A stretch of DNA of 64,000 nt. Origin: Candidatus Latescibacterota bacterium (GTDB taxonomy: Bacteria; Latescibacterota; UBA2968; UBA8231). The translations under genes were made by a program, and so were the position numbers. This document shows, in pieces, positions 9,118 to 17,731 of this stretch. A model generated the notes under the pieces. The model saw only the letters and a list, made by a program, of their open reading frames with translations, did not search any database and was not told the origin of the DNA. Position 1 is the first letter of the stretch. Each line of letters starts with the position of its first letter. Location of the stretch: contig OZ220090.1 in assembly GCA_964291625.2 (NCBI GenBank), positions 992,001 to 1,056,000 of the forward strand, given 5' to 3'.

Positions 9118-10577
9118 CGGTCCCACACGCCGTACTCGACGACCAGCTCCACGTCCTCGATCCCCACCTTGCTGCGCAGGTCCGAGGGCCGCTCCAGCAG
9201 GCCGACCTCGAGCCGGTTGGTCCCCTGCCTCAGGGCTGTCCGGTCGACCTCGATCTCGAGCCACATCCCGGCGTAGGGGGCGACCGCCTGCATGGGGCTG
9301 CGACGCGCCCCGTCGAGGGAGACGGCCTCCCCGTTGAGGCGGACCTCCAGCCGGTCGTCCCGCACCAGGTCGTTGAAGCACAGGCGCAGGCGGGTGGAGC
9401 CGATGCGGGCGTTGCCCTCCACGTCGTCGGCGATGGTCAGGGGGATCTGGTGCATGCGGCCGAGGTCGGCGGCGGGATCGATCGACACGGGCAGGTGGGA
9501 GGGGTAGTCGACGCCCTGCACGTGCTCCACGTCGGTGCGGCGCCGCAGGAAGTAGTGCTTGTCCCCCTCGGCGATCTGCTCGGGCCCCGAGAGCTGGCCG
9601 AGGACGGACCGCTCCTGGTCGCCCAGGGGCCAGGACATGAACCAGGTGTAGAGGCCGTCCACCCCCAGGCGCCAGGCGTTGGCCGCCGCCGCCCGGAACA
9701 TGGCCGGCGAGGGATACATCCGGGCGTTGAAGCGGCGGCTCTCGTCGGCGTAGTAGGGGTGCAGCATGTAGTAGACGGAGACGCCCCGGTCGTGGGCCGC
9801 CTCCACGAGCCACTCCACCGGCATGGCGGAGTCGAGGATCATGTGGGCGTAGACCATGGGCACGAGGTAGTCCACGAGCCCTTCCTCGAGCCAGCGCTCC
9901 ACCTCGAGGCCGGTCCTGTGGTTGACCTCCTGCGTCGGGTAGACCCGGGCGCCGACGATGCCCGCGTCCTTCCCCGGGCGGCTGCGCACCGCGTCGGACG
10001 CGCGCCTGAGCCACTCCGTCATCACCGGCCCCCTGGCTTCCGCCTCCTCCGGCGGGAACCAGAAGGCGGTGCCGCCGGGGGCGGCGGCGAAGTCCAGCTC
10101 CACGCCCTCGGTGTCATAGTCGGCGGCCAGCTCGGTGACGCCGCGCAGCATGAAGTCGCGCACGTCCTCCCGCGCCATGCCCGGCCCCCCCTCCCGGGGG
10201 GAGACCTCCTTGGGCAAGCCGGCGTAGGCGCCCATGCGCAGGGAGGCGATGAAGTCCATGCCGCGGTCGTGGGCGCGGTCGACGAGGACCTGCAGCGGGT
10301 CGAGGCCGCGGTCGATGAGGCTCTGCATGTTGTGCCACACCCGCCAGTAGGCGCACTGCTCGAAGCCGCCCTGCATGTCCTGGCCGAAGGGCAGGCCGAC
10401 CTTGGACGGGTAGAACCAGCCGTCGTCCCGGGCCATGCCGTAGACGAAGGTGTCGACGCCGGTGTCGGCCACCTCGTCCACGGGGGCCCAGGCGTCCTCG
10501 AGGCGCATGGGCGGCTCGTGGACGAAGAGGTAGTAGTGGCGGGCGTCGTTGAAATAGATGGTGCGGCGCTGGCGCAT
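9114..10577 (-). CDS. GHL10/DUF187-like putative glycoside hydrolase
   Basis: IYFNDARH, ASLRMG, YDTEGVELDF, VDGLYTW; ATGA overlap with the AAC(3) gene. Confidence 0.7.
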   Translation of the reverse strand: MRQRRTIYFNDARHYYLFVHEPPMRLEDAWAPVDEVADTGVDTFVYGMARDDGWFYPSKVGLPFGQDMQGGFEQCAYWRVWHNMQSLIDRGLDPLQVLVDRAHDRGMDFIASLRMGAYAGLPKEVSPREGGPGMAREDVRDFMLRGVTELAADYDTEGVELDFAAAPGGTAFWFPPEEAEARGPVMTEWLRRASDAVRSRPGKDAGIVGARVYPTQEVNHRTGLEVERWLEEGLVDYLVPMVYAHMILDSAMPVEWLVEAAHDRGVSVYYMLHPYYADESRRFNARMYPSPAMFRAAAANAWRLGVDGLYTWFMSWPLGDQERSVLGQLSGPEQIAEGDKHYFLRRRTDVEHVQGVDYPSHLPVSIDPAADLGRMHQIPLTIADDVEGNARIGSTRLRLCFNDLVRDDRLEVRLNGEAVSLDGARRSPMQAVAPYAGMWLEIEVDRTALRQGTNRLEVGLLERPSDLRSKVGIEDVELVVEYGVWDR

Positions 10578-10588
10578 TGGAGCCTCCT

Positions 10589-12181
10589 TCAGGTGACGCC
10601 CGTGTTCCAGGGGCCCAGGTCGAGGTCGACGAAGCCGCGGTGGAAGTGGCGGCCCATGAGATAGTGGACCTCCAGCTCCACGTCGCGCAGGAGCAGGGGC
10701 GGGATCACCTCCGGCTCGCGCTTCACCAGCTCCACCTCGATCTCGTTGGCCCCCTTCCGAGGCCAGTGGTCGGGCCCGAGGCGGTAGATGAACCAGTAGC
10801 AGGTGCCGGTGCGGTAGCGCGGCCCCCCCATGCGGTACGACTCGTTGATGGTGCGCAGGCCCTCGGCGGGCAGCTCGCGGCCGTTGAGGCGCATGCGCAC
10901 CACGTCGGTCTCGGTGGCGTTGAGCAGACGCAGGCGCAGGATCACCTCGTGGACGCGGCCGTCGGCGTGCCAGCGCGGCAGGTCGTCGGAGACCTGGAGA
11001 GGGATGCGCAGCGGCTCTCCCTCGGACAGCTCCGCCGGCAGCGGGCAGCGGGCCCCCGGCTCCAGCTCGGGGTTGGGGTACCGGTGCGTGCCGGTGGGCA
11101 CGTAGTAGTACTTGTCCTTCGGCGCCATGATCTCCGGGTGGGGCAGCTCGCGCAGCTTCTCGTAGAAGTCGGCCTTGTAGGGCCAGCAGCCGAACCAGTG
11201 CCCGAGGTAGAGGCCGTCGACGCCCTGCTCCCAGTAGTTGTTGGCGCAGGCGCGGATCATCTCGATCGGCGCCTGGTTGAGCCGGTCGGAGTCGACCAGG
11301 CTCTGCACCGTGGCCAGGAGGTGCACGTCCCGGCCTCGGGTCTCGCCCACCAGCTCCCGGTAGTCGGCGTTGCAGTCGACCAGCTCCGGCCCGTGGAAGG
11401 TCTGGCCGATGACGATGTCCACCAGGCCCTCCCGCATCCAGCCGGCCAGGTCGAGGCCGATGTCGTAACAGCCCTGCAGGCTGGTGGGCACGCGCATGGC
11501 GAGGCGCCGGCCCTCGCCGCTGCCGCGAACGGTCTCGGAGACCTGCCGGATCCACTCCGTCATCACCTGCCGTCCGTCGGCGACCTCGTCCGGGTGGAAG
11601 TAGTAAGGCTGGTAGTTGAGCTGCAGCTCGAAGCCGTCCACCGGGTAGCGCCGCACGGCTTCCTCGACGAGGGCGAAGCGCTCCTGCCTCACCTCCTCGT
11701 GGGCGAAGTCGAGGCAGGTGAAGCCCTTCCACGACTCGTCGACGCCGCCCTTGGCGCCGATCTCCAGGTGGGCGTTGTCGAAGCGGAACTCGGAGCAGCG
11801 CACGTCCTCCTCGCGAGGCGCCCTCCCCTGCTGCACCAGCAGCGTCGGATACACGGGCAGACCCTTGGCCCGGGCGCGCTCGCAGATCACCCGCAGGGGG
11901 TCCTCGCCGCGGGCGATCATGCCGCGGGCGTTCTGGTGGGCCCGCCGGAAGATCAGGTGCGGCCAGCGGTCGACGTTGTCGCCCCACAGCTCGCCGACCT
12001 GGGTGTCGTGGAGCACGGTGCGGCCGTCGCCGAGGCAGAACATGATGGCGTCCACGGGCGTGCCGACGAGCTCGTCGACTCCCTGCTCGTACTCGACGCG
12101 CTGCATGGGGGGCTCGTACATGTAGATCAGCGGATGGCGGCCGTCGTGGTAGAAGGCCAGCCGGGGGAGTGCGGTGGTCAT
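10589..12181 (-). CDS. GHL10/DUF187-like putative glycoside hydrolase
   Basis: AFYHDGRH, CLDFAHEEVR, YPVDGFEL, GVDGLYL, C-terminal GANEIEVEL; paralogous to the downstream gene. Confidence 0.7.
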   Translation of the reverse strand: MTTALPRLAFYHDGRHPLIYMYEPPMQRVEYEQGVDELVGTPVDAIMFCLGDGRTVLHDTQVGELWGDNVDRWPHLIFRRAHQNARGMIARGEDPLRVICERARAKGLPVYPTLLVQQGRAPREEDVRCSEFRFDNAHLEIGAKGGVDESWKGFTCLDFAHEEVRQERFALVEEAVRRYPVDGFELQLNYQPYYFHPDEVADGRQVMTEWIRQVSETVRGSGEGRRLAMRVPTSLQGCYDIGLDLAGWMREGLVDIVIGQTFHGPELVDCNADYRELVGETRGRDVHLLATVQSLVDSDRLNQAPIEMIRACANNYWEQGVDGLYLGHWFGCWPYKADFYEKLRELPHPEIMAPKDKYYYVPTGTHRYPNPELEPGARCPLPAELSEGEPLRIPLQVSDDLPRWHADGRVHEVILRLRLLNATETDVVRMRLNGRELPAEGLRTINESYRMGGPRYRTGTCYWFIYRLGPDHWPRKGANEIEVELVKREPEVIPPLLLRDVELEVHYLMGRHFHRGFVDLDLGPWNTGVT

Positions 12182-12276
12182 GGTGACCCCTGTCTGCAGG
12201 ATTGGGTTGAGGGGGTGGTCGAGGCCGACGGCCGGACCGAGCGAAGTCCTGTGGGAAGGGACCTTGGCGGAAGGCC

Positions 12277-13629
12277 CTACGCGGCTCTTGCCTCGGGGTC
12301 GGGCAATTCTTCCCTGTCGAGTCTGCGGTTGTAGACAAGCATCGTCGTGACGACAAGCGGTGACACCTTGAAACGTTCGGCGGCGTCCTGCCGTCTGTCT
12401 TCCGAGAAGTCCTCGCCCAGGAAGTCCAGCAAAGAGCGCAGAGGACAAAGGAACTCGGCGGCGAAGGCCCTCTGCATTTTCTGTCGATAGGTGCTCGCGC
12501 GAGTAGCCGGACGAAGTCTCTCCTCGCAGCCGGCCAGGAGCCGATCCCCGAGAAGACGGGCGACGTCAAAGCGGCGTCCGTATCGCGAACGAGGCCGCAG
12601 CACAAGGCGGCCTGTTCCTCGATCCTGGGTATCGAGGGAGAAGGACAAGCTGCCCGCTACGCTCGAACGAGACAGGACCTGGTCGCTGATGCCGCACAGC
12701 CTGGCCAGCTTGGGGTTGGAGATGGAGGATTCTCCCAGTTGCTCCGTCTGCCGCAGTCTGCCTGCGGCCTCCACCCCCACTCTCCAGGCGGGGACTTGAC
12801 CACGCTCCCCGGGATGCCTGGGCGCCTCATCCGGAAGAGGGACGGAAGCCTCGAAGCCCCGAAAGCCATCCTCGGGAAAGATGTCGAAACCGGACTCCCG
12901 GGCCGCCCTCTGCAGCTTTGGCACAACCTGGTGGTTCTCAGCCACGACCTCCGATACGGCATCCAGCCCCAGGTCGTTGCCTTCTTCAATCAATCGCCCG
13001 ATCAACTCGGGCGGGGCCTCGTCAGGGTCATGGCCCAGGCAGGCTTCGAATCTCCTGTAGAGCGAAACCTCCGGGTCCTCCCTCTCCAGAGACAAGTCGT
13101 GCCAGATGGACTGAAGGTCCGTATCTCCGAGAGAGCATCCATCGAGGCGATCCAGAACACTCCCCATGAATTCTTCGACACCCTCTTCAAATGCCTGGGA
13201 CGGGATGACCCCCGTTTCCTCTGCCTTGTAGTAGAGCGGCTCGGTCTGCGCTATCTCGGACGGTCTCGCAATCAGGGCAATGCGAGAGCCGTCCGACTCG
13301 ATGGTGATGTTCGGCCACAGCCACCCACCCCCGATGGAGGCCATACCGTGCGCTTGAGTCCATCCTGGTTCCGGAGGGGCCGGACGCCGCGAGGGTTCCC
13401 AACGCAGTCGCCACCAGTTCCATGCCAACCACTCGGCCAACCTGCAAGCCGGGAGGTTGGCCGTCTCCCGTAGATCATTCGTTTCACGATCAAGAGCCTG
13501 GGTGAAGCAGGTCCCGTCGACATGGATGCCGAGCTCTCCCAAGGTCGCCTCATCCTCGGCCGGCAGGAATTCGTCTCCGAGACCTCCCCTGGTCTTGCCC
13601 AGCCACCGGGATTCGATTTGCAGCGTCAT
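12277..13629 (-). CDS. ImmA/IrrE (Peptidase_M78/DUF955)-like protein lacking HExxH, with an uncharacterised N-terminal domain
   Basis: C-terminal GRRFDVARLLGD and QRAFAAEFLCP..AERFKVS match the RxRFTxAHELGH / ANxFAAELLMP scaffold; Trp-rich N-domain LAEWLAWNWWRL. Confidence 0.7.
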   Translation of the reverse strand: MTLQIESRWLGKTRGGLGDEFLPAEDEATLGELGIHVDGTCFTQALDRETNDLRETANLPACRLAEWLAWNWWRLRWEPSRRPAPPEPGWTQAHGMASIGGGWLWPNITIESDGSRIALIARPSEIAQTEPLYYKAEETGVIPSQAFEEGVEEFMGSVLDRLDGCSLGDTDLQSIWHDLSLEREDPEVSLYRRFEACLGHDPDEAPPELIGRLIEEGNDLGLDAVSEVVAENHQVVPKLQRAARESGFDIFPEDGFRGFEASVPLPDEAPRHPGERGQVPAWRVGVEAAGRLRQTEQLGESSISNPKLARLCGISDQVLSRSSVAGSLSFSLDTQDRGTGRLVLRPRSRYGRRFDVARLLGDRLLAGCEERLRPATRASTYRQKMQRAFAAEFLCPLRSLLDFLGEDFSEDRRQDAAERFKVSPLVVTTMLVYNRRLDREELPDPEARAA

Positions 13630-14054
13630 TGACTGCGCTCTCCCCATACCCTCTTCACGAACCCGGTGAACCCATCGTACCGCTTCATGGGGTATCCGTG
13701 ATACTCGCCGACACCACGGTTCGAGAGCTGTGCTTCGTATGCAACACCTTCGTCATCAACGGCCCACACATTCTGGGGCCAGTCTCCACGGCGGGTCTCG
13801 CTGACCATTCCCAGGCGAATGCCCAACCTGAGCAGCCTGACAGCGTCTCGACGCCCCCCGATGGTTCCCGCCTCACAGAGTGTCGTGTCGGGACGGTGAA
13901 CGGCTCGCGACAACCCCCATCTCTCTGCTTCCTGAGCGGACTTGTGGTACGGACTGGGCTCGTACCGGGCTTTGCGGGCCATCTGCTCAAGTTCACCCTC
14001 TCCAAGTTCGGCCAGTGACGCTACTGCAGACTTCCTCTTGATCTTGCCGCGCAT
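13626..14054 (-). CDS. Small basic hypothetical protein with SPYHK and YHGYP motifs (putative toxin/RNase)
   Basis: ORF of about 142 aa whose stop overlaps the next ATG (ATGA at 13626-13629); start could extend to 14123. Confidence 0.65.
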   Translation of the reverse strand: MRGKIKRKSAVASLAELGEGELEQMARKARYEPSPYHKSAQEAERWGLSRAVHRPDTTLCEAGTIGGRRDAVRLLRLGIRLGMVSETRRGDWPQNVWAVDDEGVAYEAQLSNRGVGEYHGYPMKRYDGFTGFVKRVWGERSQ

Positions 14055-14234
14055 CCGGGGACGCTTCAAGCCCGCTTGCCTCCTGCCAGGGCCCAAGACC
14101 CGAGCAACTTCCATGCCCACCAAGGATCGCCTTCGTAGAAAGGACCGTCAACCACTCCTGTCGCCTGACATTTGCACCTGACTCCTGCCTGCTCTGCCGG
14201 CGCAACCGGAGGATGCTCCATCAGCACTCTTGCC

Positions 14235-15359
14235 TCAGGTCCAGTTGCGGGGGTCGGGAACGGCGACCCAGGTCGAGCCTTCGGCGATCGACTGCTGGCT
14301 CGCCAGGCCGGGCAGGGTCATGTCCATGGCATGGTCGATGCCGACGGCCGGCTCGACCTCGCCGCGGATGGCGGCGACGAAGTCCTGCACCTCCCAGTAG
14401 TCGCCGCCGCCGTGGCCGGCCTGCAGGGCCTCGGGCGGCGGGCTCTTCCAGAAGTCGGGCAGGAACTCCTCCTCCAGGGCCGCCAGGGGCTCCCACTTCT
14501 GCTGGGGGCCGCGGGAGCGCAGCCACACCTTGGGCTCGGCCTCGTGGCCGTCGCCGGACTCGTAGGCGCCGTCGGTGCCCTGCAGGGCGTAGCGGGCCGT
14601 GTGGTGGGGCCGATCCGAGAGCATGTCGACGCGGATCTGCACGAGGCCGCCGCTGGTCATGCGGCACATCATGGTCACCGAGTCCTCCATCTCGTAGCGG
14701 TCGCCCCGGGGGTCGAGGTAGTGGTGGCCGGTGCCGGCGGCCCACACGGCGGCGACGCGGTCGGGGCGCGCGCTCCCGGCGTTGAACCACTGGTAGACCG
14801 GGCCGAGGCTGTGGGTCGGGTAGGTGCAGCCGTTGACGCCGGTCTGCCAGCGGCGCCGCCAGGGGGTCGCCTCGTTGAGGCCGCGGAGCTGGTGGATGTA
14901 GGCGCCCTCGCCGTAGTAGGGGTCGCCGAAGAGCCCCCGCCGGGCCAGCTCGCGCACAAGGACGTTCGGCTTCATGTAGGTGAAGTTCTCGGCCATCATG
15001 TAGGTGGCGGTGCTGCGGCGGGCGGAGCGCACCAGGTCCCGGCACTCCTCGATGGAGACCCCGGCGGTGACCTCGCTCAGCACGTGGATGCCGCGATCGA
15101 GGGCGAGGATGGCCTGGGGCGCGTGCCACTGCATCGGCGTACCGATGATCACGGCGTCCACCGCGCCGGAGTCGAGCAGCTCTTCGGCGTCGGTGAAGGC
15201 GTGCTCGACGCCGAGCTCGGCGGCGTTGGCCCGCAGAGGCTCGAGGCGCACGTCGCAGAGGGCGGTCAGCTCGGTGGCGGGGTTGGCCCCCAGGGCCCGG
15301 ACGAAGCTGTTGCCCCGGCCGGCGGCGCCGATGATGCCGAAGCGGATGCGGTCCGCCAT
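14235..15359 (-). CDS. Gfo/Idh/MocA family oxidoreductase
   Basis: FGIIGAAGRG, DAVIIGTP..H, HVLSEV, YPTHS, GHGGGD. Confidence 0.9.
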   Translation of the reverse strand: MADRIRFGIIGAAGRGNSFVRALGANPATELTALCDVRLEPLRANAAELGVEHAFTDAEELLDSGAVDAVIIGTPMQWHAPQAILALDRGIHVLSEVTAGVSIEECRDLVRSARRSTATYMMAENFTYMKPNVLVRELARRGLFGDPYYGEGAYIHQLRGLNEATPWRRRWQTGVNGCTYPTHSLGPVYQWFNAGSARPDRVAAVWAAGTGHHYLDPRGDRYEMEDSVTMMCRMTSGGLVQIRVDMLSDRPHHTARYALQGTDGAYESGDGHEAEPKVWLRSRGPQQKWEPLAALEEEFLPDFWKSPPPEALQAGHGGGDYWEVQDFVAAIRGEVEPAVGIDHAMDMTLPGLASQQSIAEGSTWVAVPDPRNWT

Positions 15360-16366
15360 CACTCCTCGTCCCAGGGCAGGGGCACGCCGAGGCGGTCACC
15401 GGCGCCGCGCACCGACTCCTGCTCCGGCGGGCCGAAGGGGATGCCGTCGCGGCGGTAGCGCTCGAAGCGCTCGGCCTCGATGGCACCGGGCAGCAGGGCC
15501 CGGTCATGGCCGGGGAAGGGCTCGTACGTGGCGGCCACGTCGCGCACCATGCGGTCCACCTCGGCGCGGAAGGCCTCCTCCGAGACCGCCGAGCCCACGT
15601 GGACGGCCAGGATCGTGCCGCCGCTGGTGGCCTTCGGCCAGCGTTCGGCGGTGGCCGGATCGGCTTCGGTGATCCCGGCCAGGCCGCCGCCCATGAGGGA
15701 GGCCACCGCGGTGTAGCCGACGCTCTTGAAGAAGGCCGCGGGGATCATGGGGATCAGGGCGTCGAACTCCGGCCCCTTCTGGTAGTCGGCGAGGATCCGC
15801 GTCGCCGCGTCGAGGACCACGCCCGGCGTCTCTGCCCCCGGCAGGGCGAAGCAGATCGGCGGGTTGCCGTAGTAGGCCAGCTGCGGCTTGGGGTCGGCGC
15901 CGGCGGCGTTGCCGTGGCCCCGGGGGCCCTGCGCCGAGAACCCGATGCAGCCGGAGGCCGCGGCCCGGCGGCAGTAGTGGCCGGCGGAGCCGTAGTGGCC
16001 GATGGAGCGCACCGTGGCCATGCCCAGACCAAGCTCCCGCGCCCGGGCGACGGCCAGGTCCGTGGCCTCCAGCATCGGCACGTACCCGAGGCCGCCGTCG
16101 CCGTCGAGGGCGGCCACGGCCGGGGTCTCGTGGATGACGGACGGCCGCGGGTCGGGGTTGAGGAGGCCGGACTCGAGGGCGGCGCAGTAGCCGTTGAGGG
16201 CGCGGCAGCCGTGGCTGCGGACGCCGCGCAGGTCGGAGTCGACGAGCAGCCGGGCCACGGCGCGCGCCTGGGAGGGCGGCGATCCGGCCTTCTCGAAGCA
16301 GGCGGCGGCAAAGGTCAGCAGCCGTTCCTCACGCACGTTGACGGACGTATCCGGCGGCCGGTTCAC
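15359..16366 (-). CDS. Ldh_2 family oxidoreductase (malate/L-lactate/ureidoglycolate dehydrogenase type)
   Basis: SDLRGVRSHG, LDGDGGLG, GHYGSAGHY, GNPPICFA; GGAGG SD upstream. Confidence 0.88.
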   Translation of the reverse strand: MNRPPDTSVNVREERLLTFAAACFEKAGSPPSQARAVARLLVDSDLRGVRSHGCRALNGYCAALESGLLNPDPRPSVIHETPAVAALDGDGGLGYVPMLEATDLAVARARELGLGMATVRSIGHYGSAGHYCRRAAASGCIGFSAQGPRGHGNAAGADPKPQLAYYGNPPICFALPGAETPGVVLDAATRILADYQKGPEFDALIPMIPAAFFKSVGYTAVASLMGGGLAGITEADPATAERWPKATSGGTILAVHVGSAVSEEAFRAEVDRMVRDVAATYEPFPGHDRALLPGAIEAERFERYRRDGIPFGPPEQESVRGAGDRLGVPLPWDEE

Positions 16367-16450
16367 GGCCACCTCCTCCTTGCTCCGCCCCAAGGGCGGG
16401 AGCTACCTTGCCCCGCTCGCATTTCTCACCTGCAACCGAGCTGGATCCGG

Positions 16451-17593
16451 ATGAAACTCGAAGTCGTGGAACTGACGAGAGAGCTCGTAAGCTACAGATC
16501 CGAGAGCCGCCTGAGCAACGTCGCCGTCACCGAACGGGTCGCCGCGATTCTGGAGTCGCTCGAGTTCGAAGTGGAGCGGATCGCCTACACCGACGACCGG
16601 GGCGTGGACAAGCTCTGCGTCGTCGGCCGCCTGGGGAAGGGCGGCGGCGGGCTGACGCTGATGAGCCACGACGACGTGGTGCCCGCGGCCCTCGAGGACG
16701 GCTGGAAGCAGGACCCCTACAAGGCCCGCGTCGCCGGGGGCAAGCTCCACGGCCGCGGCGCCTGCGACATGAAGGGCCCCCTGGCGGCCTCGATCTGCGC
16801 CGCCGCGAAGTTCCGCGCCCGCGACCTGAAGCAGCCCCTGTTCATCGTGGTCACCGCCGACGAGGAGGTGCAGGCCCGCGGCGCCCGGGAGGTGACCCGC
16901 AAGTCGAAGCTCTTCGACGAGGCCAGCTCCGGGTACGGCGTGATCTGCGAGCCCACCCTGCTGCGCGTGGTATACGCCCACAAGGGCTCCATGGCGATCC
17001 GCGCCACCGCCAGGGGCCGCGCCGCCCACACCAGCACTCTGAAGGGGGTCAACGCCAACCTCGCCATGATCCCCTTCCTGGTGGAGATGAGGAAGATCAA
17101 CGACCTCGTGCTCTCCTCGAATCGCTACCGCAACGACGAGTTCTCGCCGCCCCACTCGGAGTGGAGCATCGGCATCAACGACGGCAACGTGGCGACCAAC
17201 ATCTCGCCGGTGCGCAGCGTCTGCACCGTGAGCTACCGCCTCATGCCCGGCATCGACCCGACGCGGCTGCTGGAGCGCACGAAAGCCAAGGCCGAGGAGT
17301 GCGGCCTGAAGGTGGAGGTCAGGTTCCCGGGCGAGCCCGTCTACACCCCGCCCGACGCCCCCATCGTGCGCACCGCCCTGCGCCTGAGCGGCACCCGCAA
17401 GCCGACGACCGTGGCCTACGGCACGGACGGCCTCGCCTTCCGCGAGAAGATGCGGGACCTGGTCGTGCTCGGACCCGGCAACATCGCCCAGGCCCACACC
17501 GTGGACGAGTGGGTGCGGCTCGATCAGCTGCGCAAGGGGGTCGACCTGTACGAGCGCTTCATCGACCACGTCTGCGTACGCGGAGAGAGCTGA
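16451..17593 (+). CDS. argE: Acetylornithine deacetylase-like M20 hydrolase
   Basis: SHDDVVP, GRGACDMKG, TADEE, ICEPT, AHKG, AHTVDEW. Confidence 0.75.
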   Translation: MKLEVVELTRELVSYRSESRLSNVAVTERVAAILESLEFEVERIAYTDDRGVDKLCVVGRLGKGGGGLTLMSHDDVVPAALEDGWKQDPYKARVAGGKLHGRGACDMKGPLAASICAAAKFRARDLKQPLFIVVTADEEVQARGAREVTRKSKLFDEASSGYGVICEPTLLRVVYAHKGSMAIRATARGRAAHTSTLKGVNANLAMIPFLVEMRKINDLVLSSNRYRNDEFSPPHSEWSIGINDGNVATNISPVRSVCTVSYRLMPGIDPTRLLERTKAKAEECGLKVEVRFPGEPVYTPPDAPIVRTALRLSGTRKPTTVAYGTDGLAFREKMRDLVVLGPGNIAQAHTVDEWVRLDQLRKGVDLYERFIDHVCVRGES

Positions 17594-17731
17594 GGGAGGG
17601 TCCGCCGGGAGAGGCGGCCCCGGAGTCCAGCCGCCCGCCGGCGGTCACGCCTCGGCGACCTGCACGGCGATCAGCGCCGCGCCCTTTCTCTGCAGGAGAA
17701 GACGCCAATGGCGCTCTGCCACAATCCGCCG

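Noticed and set aside
9114-12605. Apparent 1163-aa ORF and similar long fusions (8404..10014, 47345..49930, 58307..61414)
   Set aside because: The N-terminal extensions are off-frame reads through neighbouring genes; real starts are internal
12182-14234. Mobile-element boundaries around the low-GC two-gene cassette
   Set aside because: No terminal inverted repeats, target duplications, transposase or integrase seen
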